NCBI GenBank assembly: GCA_937911045.1
Contig: CALEPX010000004.1
Coordinates: 17,421 to 81,420, forward strand
Reading direction: 5' to 3'
DNA length: 64,000 nt
DNA from: an uncultured Fretibacterium sp.
GTDB taxonomy: Bacteria > Synergistota > Synergistia > Synergistales > Aminobacteriaceae
A program made the translations under genes and the position numbers. Positions 27,976 through 37,372 of this stretch are shown here, one piece after another. The notes beneath the pieces were generated by a model. The model worked only from the letters and a program-made list of their open reading frames with translations. It did no database searches and was not told where the DNA came from. Numbering within the stretch: the first letter of the stretch is position 1; each line of letters begins with the position of its first letter.

Positions 27976-29331
27976 TTATCTGCCGAATAAATTCCGCAGC
28001 TTACCAAATTTACCTGCACCGAAGCCCGAACCAGACGAGAAATTCTTGAACAACTTCCGCATTTGCTCGTATTGTGCAAGCAACTGATTTACCATTTGAA
28101 CCGACGTTCCAGAACCCTGTGCAATGCGCCGCCGTCGTGAACCTTTTATAATCCTTGGATTGCGTCGTTCCTGTAGCGTCATTGACTGAATTATGGCCTT
28201 ATTACGCTTCAAAACCTTTGTATCGAGTTCGTTCTTATCGAGACCTTTGAGCTTATCAAGACCCGGAATCATTCCCGCGATCTTGTCAAGCGGCCCGAGT
28301 TTCTCAAGCTGCTCAAATTGCGTCAACAATGTCTCTAGCGTAAATTGCTTCTTGAGATTCTTAGCCGTTAATTGCTCGCCCAAATTTGCGTCATCAAGAC
28401 CAGCCGCACGAACTTTCTCAGCAAGTCCCTGAATATCGCCCATTCCCATAATTCGCCCTGCAATTCTCTCAGGACTGAATATTTCCAGAGCGTCAGTATT
28501 CTCGCCAGTTCCGACAAACTTCACCGGAACACCTGTCATCGCCCGAATCGACAACGCACTTCCACCGCGCGCGTCACCGTCCATCTTCGTCAAAATCAAG
28601 CCAGTGAGATTCAGCAATTCGTGAAAAGATTTCGCAACATTCACAGCTTCCTGACCCATCATCGCGTCAACAACCAGCAATTTCTCGTGAGGCGGCAGAA
28701 CTTCGGCAATATTCTTAAGCTCCTGCATCAATTCCTCGTCAATATGCAAGCGTCCGGACGTGTCGAGAATTATAACGTCATTCATGTGAGATTCCGCGAA
28801 TTTTACAGCACCTCTCACGACATCAAGCACCGAAATTTTCGAATCACTCACGCCGTAAAACGGGATTTTTGCACTCTCAGCCAGAACCCGCAACTGTTCA
28901 ACCGCTGCAGGCCGTCGCAAGTCACACGCCACAACTAACGGACTATGCGAATCCTTCAGAACACGCGCCAATTTCACCGTCGAAGTAGTCTTTCCTGAAC
29001 CCTGCAAACCTGCCATTAATATAACAGTCGGAGGCTTGGGCGAAATTATCAGATTGCTGCGTCGGTCACCTGCCAGCAACGCGATTAATTCCTCGTAAAC
29101 GATAGCCGCGATCCGTTCATTTGCCGTAATCGAGTTCAAAACTTCCAAACTCACAGCACGCGCACGAATCTTCGCAACAAGATCCTTCACGACGCGAAAA
29201 TCCACGTCAGCTTCAAGCAACGATCTTCTGATTTCCCGTAACGCTCCGTCAACGTCTTCCTCTGAAAGCTTGCCCTTCGAACTCAAACGTGACAAAGCCG
29301 ATGCTAATTTCTCTTTTAACGCTTCAAACAT
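27976..29331 (-). CDS. ffh: Signal recognition particle protein Ffh
   Basis: N and G domains ([26 protein letters not shown]) plus a Met-rich M domain. Confidence 0.97.
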   Translation of the reverse strand: MFEALKEKLASALSRLSSKGKLSEEDVDGALREIRRSLLEADVDFRVVKDLVAKIRARAVSLEVLNSITANERIAAIVYEELIALLAGDRRSNLIISPKPPTVILMAGLQGSGKTTSTVKLARVLKDSHSPLVVACDLRRPAAVEQLRVLAESAKIPFYGVSDSKISVLDVVRGAVKFAESHMNDVIILDTSGRLHIDEELMQELKNIAEVLPPHEKLLVVDAMMGQEAVNVAKSFHELLNLTGLILTKMDGDARGGSALSIRAMTGVPVKFVGTGENTDALEIFSPERIAGRIMGMGDIQGLAEKVRAAGLDDANLGEQLTAKNLKKQFTLETLLTQFEQLEKLGPLDKIAGMIPGLDKLKGLDKNELDTKVLKRNKAIIQSMTLQERRNPRIIKGSRRRRIAQGSGTSVQMVNQLLAQYEQMRKLFKNFSSGSGFGAGKFGKLRNLFGR

Positions 29332-29360
29332 GTAACACTAAATCCTGATCCTGATCTTTA

Positions 29361-29690
29361 TCACTTAATATCTTTATCACTTAATCCTAATTTTGACCTC
29401 AAAAACTCGTTTTCCATTTCGAGCGACTTGATACGTTCCTCGAATTTCCGTGTTGTGTCCGCGAAATGCAGATCATTCTCGATTGCTTCAAGTTTTGCTT
29501 CGATCTTGCGCTTCATCATGTGAACTGCTTGGCGGCTAATTCCCAAAGATTCCGCTGCTTCTCCCAAACTCATATCCGAGAAACACACCAACTCGTAAAT
29601 CCTGCGCTGCCTGACCGTCAACAACGGCGAGTAAAAATCGTACAGCAAATTGAAATTCAGTCTTCTCTCGAACTCACTATCGAATTTCAT
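29361..29690 (-). CDS. ylxM: YlxM/p13-like putative DNA-binding protein (UPF0122)
   Basis: NLLYDFYSPLLTVRQRRIYELVCFSDMSLGEAAESLGISRQAVHMMKRK matches the YlxM pattern and the gene lies immediately upstream of ffh. The start is set at ATG 29690 because a terminator hairpin occupies the longer ORF. Confidence 0.85.
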   Translation of the reverse strand: MKFDSEFERRLNFNLLYDFYSPLLTVRQRRIYELVCFSDMSLGEAAESLGISRQAVHMMKRKIEAKLEAIENDLHFADTTRKFEERIKSLEMENEFLRSKLGLSDKDIK

Positions 29691-29696
29691 GAACGA

Positions 29697-29726
29697 ATTA
29701 TAAATAATTATCGCGCGTTCTGTCAA
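29697..29726 (-). promoter_or_regulatory. Near-consensus sigma70 promoter abutting the ylxM ATG (leaderless candidate)
   Basis: On the minus strand: TTGACA, 18-nt spacer, TATAAT, then tcgttc, then ATG. There is no SD. Confidence 0.5.
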
Positions 29727-29751
29727 GTGTTTTCGATTTACACTCACGCAT

Positions 29752-29790
29752 AAAAAATCTCCCGAGTAATTTATTTTCACCCGAGAGATT
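29752..29790 (-). terminator. Rho-independent terminator downstream of trpB2
   Basis: On the minus strand: aatctctcgggt-gaaaataaatt-actcgggagatt (12 bp including 2 G-U pairs) followed by TTTTT. Confidence 0.7.
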
Positions 29791-29827
29791 CTCATGTTAA
29801 TTCTAATTCGCGATTGCTTAATAACCT

Positions 29828-31210
29828 TCAGAAATTCACTTTCACGTCCGGAATTTTCGCGAAACCTTTAGCCAAATCCTCGTCCGTTGGGATATAATCC
29901 GTCATAGTTCCGTCGTTATATTGCTCGTAAGCCTTGAGATCAAAATATCCCGTGCCGGTCAAGCCGATTATGATAGTCTTCGCTTCACCAGTCTCTTTGC
30001 ATTTCAGAGCTTCGTCGATGCCAACTCGGATCGCGTGACTTGATTCCGGTGCAGGCAAAATTCCCTCAACGCGCGCGAACTGAACGGCTGCGTCAAAAAC
30101 TCTGGTCTGTTCAACCGAAACAGCTTCCATATAGCCATCGTGATAAAGCTGCGACAATATCGGGCTCATTCCGTGATAACGCAAGCCTCCCGCATGATTC
30201 GCCGACGGTATGAAATCATGTCCAAGCGTGTACATCTTAGCCATCGGACAGACTTTGCCGGTGTCACAGAAATCATAAACATATTTGCCGCGCGTGAAAC
30301 TCGGACAGCTCGCAGGTTCTACAGCTATGATCCTGTAATCAGCTTCTCCGCGCAACTTTTCGCCCATGAACGGTGAAATCAATCCGCCCAAATTCGATCC
30401 GCCGCCAGCACAGCCGACGATAATATCCGGTTTCAATCCGTATTTTTCACAAGCAGCTTTCGTCTCAAGTCCGATAATCGACTGATGCAACAGAACTTGA
30501 TTCAACACGCTGCCCAATTCGTAGCGATAGCCTTCATGAGTAACTGCACACTCAACAGCTTCGGAAATTGCGCAACCCAGTGAGCCAGTTGTTCCAGGAT
30601 GTTCGGCGTTGATTTTTCGACCGGCTTCTGTTTCCATTGACGGTGACGGCGTGACTGTTGCACCGTAAGTTTTCATGACTTCGCGTCTAAACGGCTTCTG
30701 TTCGTACGAAACTCTCACCATGAAGACTTTGCAATCGAGTTTGAAATACGAACACGCCATTGATAACGCAGTCCCCCATTGCCCCGCGCCTGTCTCAGTT
30801 GTAACGCCTTTCAAGCCTTGTTTTTTCGCGTAATATGCCTGAGCGATTGCCGAGTTAAGCTTGTGAGAACCGGACGTGTTATTGCCCTCGAACTTGTAGA
30901 AAATATGCGCTGGGGTGTCGAGTAACTGCTCAAGAAATACAGCGTGAGTGAGCGGCGATGGTCTGTACATCTTGTAGAAATCCAGAACCTCATCAGGAAT
31001 CGCAATATAACGCTCCGTGTCATTGAGTTCCTGCTTGATTAATTCGTCGCAAAATACCGGCTGCAATTCCTCGAACTTCATTGGCTGCAAAGTTCCCGGG
31101 TGAATCAACGGAGCTGGCTTGTTCTTCATGTCGGCTCGCACGTTGTACCAAGAGTTGGGAATGTCTTTTTCGTCGAGGTAAATCTTGTACGGTACATCAA
31201 GTTTTTTCAT
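29828..31210 (-). CDS. TrpB-like PLP-dependent enzyme (TrpB2 class tryptophan synthase beta)
   Basis: The 460-aa length and NTSGSHKLNSAIAQAYYAKKQG...TETGAGQWGTA are typical of the long TrpB2 clade. No trpA or other trp genes are nearby. Confidence 0.85.
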   Translation of the reverse strand: MKKLDVPYKIYLDEKDIPNSWYNVRADMKNKPAPLIHPGTLQPMKFEELQPVFCDELIKQELNDTERYIAIPDEVLDFYKMYRPSPLTHAVFLEQLLDTPAHIFYKFEGNNTSGSHKLNSAIAQAYYAKKQGLKGVTTETGAGQWGTALSMACSYFKLDCKVFMVRVSYEQKPFRREVMKTYGATVTPSPSMETEAGRKINAEHPGTTGSLGCAISEAVECAVTHEGYRYELGSVLNQVLLHQSIIGLETKAACEKYGLKPDIIVGCAGGGSNLGGLISPFMGEKLRGEADYRIIAVEPASCPSFTRGKYVYDFCDTGKVCPMAKMYTLGHDFIPSANHAGGLRYHGMSPILSQLYHDGYMEAVSVEQTRVFDAAVQFARVEGILPAPESSHAIRVGIDEALKCKETGEAKTIIIGLTGTGYFDLKAYEQYNDGTMTDYIPTDEDLAKGFAKIPDVKVNF

Positions 31211-31279
31211 GAGTAAAATTCATCTGCCTTTGTTCAAAAATTTTCGCAATATTCTACAACATGTCGCGAAAATTGCAAC

Positions 31280-32143
31280 TCATGCACCGTAGAATTTCGC
31301 GAGTGACTGCACGCCCATCTCGCCCTGACCGTCATCTTCGAGCTGCCTGTAATGCGTCATAATCGTCATCAACACGTCGAGTTTAATAGTATCCCTGTTA
31401 GCTTCGTCGATTGCGATTAACATGTCCTTCACGAAATGCCTGATCGAGAATCCTGCTGTGAAATCACGATCCATAATTTTCGAGGCGTTAATATCAAGTT
31501 GTCGAGAACCTGCTTCACTTGACGAGATTGCTTTTACGAATTTCGGAGTGTCGAGACCTTTCGCTTTTACATATGCTAATGCTTCGGAAATTCCTGCCAG
31601 AGTTCCCGCGATCATGATTTGACTTGCTATCATTGCGTGCTGACCTTTGCCGGCTTCTCCCATGTAAGAGACGTGTGTGCCAACCGCGCGCAATAACGGC
31701 AAACATGATTTGTAATCCTCGAATTTTCCACCGACAAGAATCGCTAACTTGCCTTTACGTGCTGCATTTTCGCTGCCTGAAACCGGTGCGTCAAGAACTC
31801 GAAAGCCGCGTTTAGATCCCTCAGAAAAAATTCTCTGTGAGAGCGTCGGGCTTGTAGTCGTCATGTCGATCAGATACGTGCCTTCTTTTACACTGTCCAT
31901 AACATTCCCCCGTGAAAAATACACTTCCTCGACATCTTTCGGAAATCCAAGCATCGTCATGACAACTTCGCAATCTTTCACGCAATCGCTAATTTCAGCG
32001 TGATATTTCGCGCCCTCGCCGACAACGTCATAAACTTTCACGAGCGATTCCGAGAACACGTGCAATTCAAAGCCCAATCGCATCAAATTCCGAACAATAG
32101 GGCGTCCCATTCTGCCAACACCTATGAATGCTATTTTCTTCAC
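31280..32143 (-). CDS. NAD(P)-dependent beta-hydroxyacid dehydrogenase (3-hydroxyisobutyrate dehydrogenase family)
   Basis: Rossmann N-terminus KIAFIGVGRMGRPI and an HIBADH-type catalytic region GKGQHAMIASQIMIAG. Confidence 0.8.
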   Translation of the reverse strand: MKKIAFIGVGRMGRPIVRNLMRLGFELHVFSESLVKVYDVVGEGAKYHAEISDCVKDCEVVMTMLGFPKDVEEVYFSRGNVMDSVKEGTYLIDMTTTSPTLSQRIFSEGSKRGFRVLDAPVSGSENAARKGKLAILVGGKFEDYKSCLPLLRAVGTHVSYMGEAGKGQHAMIASQIMIAGTLAGISEALAYVKAKGLDTPKFVKAISSSEAGSRQLDINASKIMDRDFTAGFSIRHFVKDMLIAIDEANRDTIKLDVLMTIMTHYRQLEDDGQGEMGVQSLAKFYGA

Positions 32144-32203
32144 GTTACAAAAAACCTCCAGATTATTGGTATAATTGCCTGATAAATATATTATAAATGG
32201 AGT

Positions 32204-35200
32204 TTGATTTTTCCAGATAACATGTGTCCCAAAATTTCACGAGCTAAGATTTCCGAACTTAATGACGCGACGATTTTCGAATATGTGAACGGTGCTGCGA
32301 ACGCGTATATTTGCCCGACTGATGCGAAAAATTCACACGTGATTGCGATTTTTGCTGATGTGTTGAGAGCTTCGAGTTTCGTTTCGGATTACAGGATTTT
32401 GCATGAGAATCACAACGCATTTTTGCTGAACGAGCTGCCGTTAAATATTCAGATTCAGAATTTGCAGCCGCTATTAATCGAACGTGGCGAGATGATTCGT
32501 AACTGGCTCAAAAGCGGCGGTGTTCTCGCGACAACTCCCGGAGCTTTGATGTCACCGTGTGCGTTTGGGAGTTCGGAGATGAAATTGCAGCTTGGGCAGG
32601 AAATTTCTCCGGAGAAAATATCGGCTTGGCTTCATGAATCCGGCTACAAAAATTCGAGCTTAGTCTGGTCACCGGGTCAATATGTCCGGCGAGGCTTCAT
32701 AATCGACGTGTTCGATCCGGCGCACGCAATGCCAATCAGAATCGAATTTTTCGACGACGTAATCGACAGAATCGGCGCATTCAATCCGCAAACTCAGAAA
32801 AGCGACTCGACACTCATGAAGCTTGACGAGATAATTCTGCACGGACTTGCGAGTGAAAGTGATTCGCGAAAATTCCCGATTGAGATATTTCCTGCGAACG
32901 CGAAAATATTATTCTTCGACACGGACAAGATAAATATTCAGGCTGGCTCGTTCAGATGGCTTTGGAATGAAATCCTGAGTGAAAATCACGCGATATATAA
33001 AATTCAAGACTGGAACGAAATTCTTGCGGCATTGCTTGATATGCGTAATCTGCGAATCGAACCTGTCTCTAAGAACGCGAAATTCGAAGTCGATATTTCA
33101 CCGCTGCCGGCGTTCAAAGGTGATGCGAGCGTATTATCCGGAATTTGCGACGCTCTCGAAAAACGTAATTTTCACATCAAGCTCTACACACAGAATCCGA
33201 TTTTCTTCGAGACACCGTACGAATTGCACCGCGAGAAATTATCGTCCGGATTCATCGACAATGCCGGGAAAATTGCGTTCATATCAGACCGTGAGTTATC
33301 CGGAATAATTGCGAACGAACCCGTCACGAAATGGCGCGTACCGTTGGAGTGGCAGGAGAAATTATCAGTCGGGCAACTGGTTATTCACGAGGATTTCGGC
33401 GTTGGAATTTTCAGGGGTATCGAGAAATTCAAGACTGCTGGCTCTAATCACGAACCGGTTGACAAATTATCTATTGAATTTGCGGACGAGCAGCGATTAT
33501 TAATTCCGGTTTTGCAATCGTACAAGCTCATTCCCATGAACGAACACGTGAACGAAAACACAGAACTTGACAGCCTACGCAGCGTCCGTTGGAAAAAGAA
33601 TCTCGCTAAAATACGCGAACAAGCTCATGACGAAGCCAAAACTCTGCTGGAAATTTTCGCGCACCGTGAACTTGAACGACGTGACCCCAGAATTTCTCCC
33701 GATGACATGTACGATAAATTCGTGAGTGCGTTTCCGTTTAACGAGACGGTTGACCAGATCAAAGCAATTCAAGATATTATGCGTGACTTGTCGGGTAACT
33801 TCCCGATGGACAGATTGCTTGTCGGAGATGTCGGTTTCGGCAAAACTGAAGTCGCAATGAGAGCGGCGTTTCGTGTGATTGAATCCGGTTTCCAAGTTTG
33901 CGTGTTAGTTCCGACGACGTTACTGGCTCAGCAGCATTTCAACACGTTTCAGTCGAGATTTGCGGGATTTCCGGTCAAGATTGGAATGCTGTCACGATTC
34001 GTAAGCAGCAAACAGTCCGCGAAAATCATTTCTGAAATACGCGAGAACAAACTCGACATAATAATCGCGACGCACAAAATTTTACAAAAGGGCATTGATT
34101 TCAAGAATCTGGGATTGCTAATAATCGACGAAGAACACAGATTCGGCGTTATGCACAAAGAGGGCTTGAAGAAAATTTACGGTTCAGTTGACGTATTAAG
34201 TCTATCAGCGACACCGATTCCGAGGACTTTGGCATTATCACTCAGGGGATTGCGATCAGTTTCGGTTTTGCTCACGCCTCCGGAGAATCGATTGCCTGTT
34301 GCGACGTTCAGCGGAATTTGGCAAAACTCAACGGTTCGGCGCGCAGTTGCGTATGAATTATCTCGGGGTGGACAAGTGTATTTTCTGTCATGCAGAATTT
34401 CCCGAATCGAACGCTACAGACAAATGCTCGAAACATTCTTCCCGAACGCAAAAATAGGCATAGCACACGGGCAATTAAGCGAGAAAGAGCTTGAACAGAT
34501 TATGCTGAAATTTTACGCCGGAGAAATCGATATTCTAATCGCGACGACTATAATCGAGAGCGGCTTAGACGTTGAACGCGCGAACACGATCATAATCGAC
34601 AATTCCGAAGAGCTTGGACTTGCACAGATGTATCAATTACGCGGGCGAGTTGGCAGACGTGGCGAGAAAGCATTTGCGTATTTCTTTTACCCGGAGAGAG
34701 GGATTTTGAATCGCGAAACGATGGACAGGCTTGAAGCGATTACGACTATGACGGACTTAGGCTCGGGCTACGAGATTGCGAAGAGAGATCTGGATATTCG
34801 CGGCGGAGGAAATATCGGCGGAACAAGTCAGCATGGAAAAGATAATTCCGGAAATTTCGGTCTGTTTTACGAGATGCTTGAACGGGAGCTTGAGAATTTG
34901 CGCGGTGTGAAGCCTCATGAATCTGTGCAGATAAATTCGGATCACGGTGTCGGCTCGATTCCGGAATACTACATTCCGCAAGAGGACGTGCGAGTTACGC
35001 TTTACCGGAGACTAATGCACGCGAACGATTTGCCTGAACTTGATAATTTGCTTTCGGAAATGAAAGATCGTTTCGGGAAATTGCCCGATGACGTGAAATA
35101 TTTGGGAGGGTTGCTAGCGATTCGGAAATTTGGCTCTGATTTTGGCATAAAGCGCGTTGAAATCAAGAACGGTCTTGTGAAAATTTCCTGTCCGAACGAA

Positions 35201-35296
35201 TTTGGATTTACAACCGAGAAAAGTTTTGCGAGATTACCTGAGAATGTGAGAGAGCATGTGTCAAATCTTGGGCGCAGAATTATTTTCGCTCAGTGA
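32204..35296 (+). CDS. mfd: Transcription-repair coupling factor
   Basis: CarD/RNAP-interacting region (GQLVIHEDFGVGIF), SF2 helicase motifs (GDVGFGKTEVA, DEEHRFG, SATPIPRT, QLRGRVGR) and a TRCF C-terminal domain. The start codon is uncertain (TTG 32204 or ATG 32222). Confidence 0.92.
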   Translation: MIFPDNMCPKISRAKISELNDATIFEYVNGAANAYICPTDAKNSHVIAIFADVLRASSFVSDYRILHENHNAFLLNELPLNIQIQNLQPLLIERGEMIRNWLKSGGVLATTPGALMSPCAFGSSEMKLQLGQEISPEKISAWLHESGYKNSSLVWSPGQYVRRGFIIDVFDPAHAMPIRIEFFDDVIDRIGAFNPQTQKSDSTLMKLDEIILHGLASESDSRKFPIEIFPANAKILFFDTDKINIQAGSFRWLWNEILSENHAIYKIQDWNEILAALLDMRNLRIEPVSKNAKFEVDISPLPAFKGDASVLSGICDALEKRNFHIKLYTQNPIFFETPYELHREKLSSGFIDNAGKIAFISDRELSGIIANEPVTKWRVPLEWQEKLSVGQLVIHEDFGVGIFRGIEKFKTAGSNHEPVDKLSIEFADEQRLLIPVLQSYKLIPMNEHVNENTELDSLRSVRWKKNLAKIREQAHDEAKTLLEIFAHRELERRDPRISPDDMYDKFVSAFPFNETVDQIKAIQDIMRDLSGNFPMDRLLVGDVGFGKTEVAMRAAFRVIESGFQVCVLVPTTLLAQQHFNTFQSRFAGFPVKIGMLSRFVSSKQSAKIISEIRENKLDIIIATHKILQKGIDFKNLGLLIIDEEHRFGVMHKEGLKKIYGSVDVLSLSATPIPRTLALSLRGLRSVSVLLTPPENRLPVATFSGIWQNSTVRRAVAYELSRGGQVYFLSCRISRIERYRQMLETFFPNAKIGIAHGQLSEKELEQIMLKFYAGEIDILIATTIIESGLDVERANTIIIDNSEELGLAQMYQLRGRVGRRGEKAFAYFFYPERGILNRETMDRLEAITTMTDLGSGYEIAKRDLDIRGGGNIGGTSQHGKDNSGNFGLFYEMLERELENLRGVKPHESVQINSDHGVGSIPEYYIPQEDVRVTLYRRLMHANDLPELDNLLSEMKDRFGKLPDDVKYLGGLLAIRKFGSDFGIKRVEIKNGLVKISCPNEFGFTTEKSFARLPENVREHVSNLGRRIIFAQ

Positions 35297-36414
35297 TGCA
35301 GGCGGATATATTTGCCGTTGACCCAACCGTTAGTTCCGTCTCTTGCAGTAACTCTGTACCAATCGCTGTTTGAATCGCTGAAGATTTCGTGAGCTGTAAT
35401 TTCGCTGCCGTCTGGTAACGCGTCCAAAACTTGCGAGCCTTTCGCCACCGGAAAATTTCTGATGTTCAGCTTGTCTGATTGAGAGAGCGAGATTGTGCCT
35501 TCGACCGGTAATCTGTAATTTCGATTTGAGCGTTCGATCTCAGTCCGTGAGAATTTATTTTTGTCCAGCGCAACGACGTAGCTTGCCAACGCCCAACCTT
35601 GTGTTCCGCTTGCAGTTCTGACGTAATACCAAAATTCGTGATCTGAATCGCTTGTTCTGTATATGCTGACCGGATGACCGGAGTTCAATTTTTTCAGAGC
35701 GGGTGCGCGTATATTTGGGATTGCTCGAATATAGACGTTATTATCGAAAATTACGCCCGGGTACGGCAGAGAATTTTGAGCTTCGAGATTTGTCATGTAT
35801 GGACGTTCGGTTTTCAGACGTTCGATCATGTCACAGCGTTTTTGTGCGATTTCGTAGCCCTGAGCAGCAGCTTTCTTGTACCAGCGCAAAGCCTCGTCAT
35901 AATCGCGACTAACTCCCCAGCCTTTGTAATATAACAAACCTACGCTAGCCTGAGCAAAATAATTTCCCTGTTCTGCAGCAGTTTTGAACCAACGCATTGC
36001 CTGTGAATAATCGCGCGTCACACCCCAGCCGTTTTGATACATCCAGCCGAGTTTGTCCTGAGCCGGAGCATAGCCCTGATTAGACAGCCTGTTGAAAATT
36101 TCGAAGGCTTGCGAGTAATTACGCTCTTTCAGATATTTCTCAGCCTGGAAATACGCATCTTGAACACTTCCGGAACTTGAACTTGACCCCGAAGAACCGG
36201 AGCTTGAGCTTGAATCCGAATCCGAAGTCAACCAATCTACAAATGCGTCAACAGCAGCGTCAATAATTGCGTCCTCAATTTGCTCGATTATAATGTCCCC
36301 GATGATTCCCAAGAGCGAATCGTCTTCTGCACGGGCGATTTTTGCAGCCAATGGGTTACAAATCAACGCCACACACAACACAAATGCAACAAATCTGCGC
36401 GAAAAATTTTTCAT
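35290..36414 (-). CDS. Exported Sel1-repeat / tandem SH3b domain protein
   Basis: Signal peptide, poly-Ser linker, three Sel1 repeats (AQDKLGWMYQNGWGV..., AQASVGLLYYKGWGV...) and two SH3b-like modules (WYYVRTASGTQGWA, WYRVTARDGTNGWV). Confidence 0.8.
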   Translation of the reverse strand: MKNFSRRFVAFVLCVALICNPLAAKIARAEDDSLLGIIGDIIIEQIEDAIIDAAVDAFVDWLTSDSDSSSSSGSSGSSSSSGSVQDAYFQAEKYLKERNYSQAFEIFNRLSNQGYAPAQDKLGWMYQNGWGVTRDYSQAMRWFKTAAEQGNYFAQASVGLLYYKGWGVSRDYDEALRWYKKAAAQGYEIAQKRCDMIERLKTERPYMTNLEAQNSLPYPGVIFDNNVYIRAIPNIRAPALKKLNSGHPVSIYRTSDSDHEFWYYVRTASGTQGWALASYVVALDKNKFSRTEIERSNRNYRLPVEGTISLSQSDKLNIRNFPVAKGSQVLDALPDGSEITAHEIFSDSNSDWYRVTARDGTNGWVNGKYIRLHH

Positions 36415-36573
36415 GACAACGACCTCCCTATGATTATTTTACGACAAAACGCCCCCAAAAATTCCGAGAGCGTCAGTTAATTATGCGTTCAAAAATTCTG
36501 ATTATCTCAACGAGCAATCTTTATTATAGCTTCGGTAATGTCTTTTACATCGCTTGTCTGAAAAAATCGGAGA

Positions 36574-36936
36574 CTAATTTTGAGGGACGGGTTGAGGAGA
36601 TGGATTTTGACCTGCTGCAATGGCACCTACAACTGCTACTCCAGTTCCGACCATTTCCCTGCCATTTTCGCCAATAGCACCGGTAACGTACCCACCAGCA
36701 CCACCAACAACTGCACCAGCAGTTCCTGCGCCTATGATAAATGGCAAAGCTGCTCCGCCTGTAACGATTGTTGCGCCAGCTGCGAGTACAGCACCGCCGA
36801 CCATGCCCCAGAAGCCCCAAGTTTTACCTTCTTCGTGAACTTCTTCCCAAGTTCTTGTCTTAGTTGTCCACGCGAACGCCGGACTGACCGAGAAAACCAT
36901 AACTACGACTAATAATATTGCGACTAACTTTTTCAT
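36574..36936 (-). CDS. Small exported glycine-zipper protein, hypothetical
   Basis: Sec signal MKKLVAILLVVVMVFSVSPAFA|W, a Trp-rich amphipathic stretch, then GxxxG/AxxxG-rich hydrophobic segments and a Pro/Gln tail. Confidence 0.6.
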   Translation of the reverse strand: MKKLVAILLVVVMVFSVSPAFAWTTKTRTWEEVHEEGKTWGFWGMVGGAVLAAGATIVTGGAALPFIIGAGTAGAVVGGAGGYVTGAIGENGREMVGTGVAVVGAIAAGQNPSPQPVPQN

Positions 36937-37069
36937 GAAACAACATTCCTTTCTAAATTTAATAACTTAGTGATTTTATTTTAAGCCTTTTACACTCAAG
37001 TGCAAGAGGTGAAAAATACTGAATAATCGACGAGGAAGACCCAGAATTTACACCAACAAAGCTGAGAAC

Positions 37070-37270
37070 ATGAGAGCTTTTCGCGCTCGGAAAAAATCGG
37101 AAGGCTACAAAGACATTCACGCTTCGATCCCTGACGAATACAAAAAGCTGCTCGATAAGTTTTGCCACGATACTAAACTCTCGATTTCGGAATTTATCTG
37201 CTATCTTCTCGGTTGCGCGCAAGAAAGAGACTTACCAGACATAGACCGCCCCATCGACTTCCAAAATTGA
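37070..37270 (+). CDS. Ribbon-helix-helix (CopG-like) small DNA-binding protein, with the true start probably upstream at a non-ATG codon (37016/37019)
   Basis: IHASIPDEYKKLLDKFCHDTKLSISEFICYLL fits a strand-helix-helix layout. The frame is open from 37013 and encodes NNRRGRPRIYTNKAEN directly after the SD AAGAGGTG. Confidence 0.6.
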   Translation: MRAFRARKKSEGYKDIHASIPDEYKKLLDKFCHDTKLSISEFICYLLGCAQERDLPDIDRPIDFQN

Positions 37271-37372
37271 CGGTGTGATTATATTATGTTTCGTGAATTT
37301 GCAACATGTGCGTTTGATTAGTGCATGTGCTATCATGATTTGCGAAATTTTCCGAACGGGAGTGTGTAGGTT

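Noticed and set aside
28372-28938. A 188-aa ORF on the plus strand
   Set aside because: It is antisense to ffh, whose identity is unambiguous. The translation is Arg/His/Asn-rich and motif-free.
35290-35296. A 7-nt overlap of the convergent mfd and Sel1/SH3 genes (and the 4-nt pgsA/EndoIII-like overlap at 61497-61500)
   Set aside because: This reflects compact genome organisation. Overlapping convergent stop regions are common and suggest no specific mechanism here.
36545-36912. Several overlapping 70-110-aa ORFs on both strands around the glycine-zipper gene
   Set aside because: They are artefacts of the GGN/GCN-rich repetitive coding sequence. Only the minus-strand frame 36574..36936 has an SD, a signal peptide and a coherent architecture.
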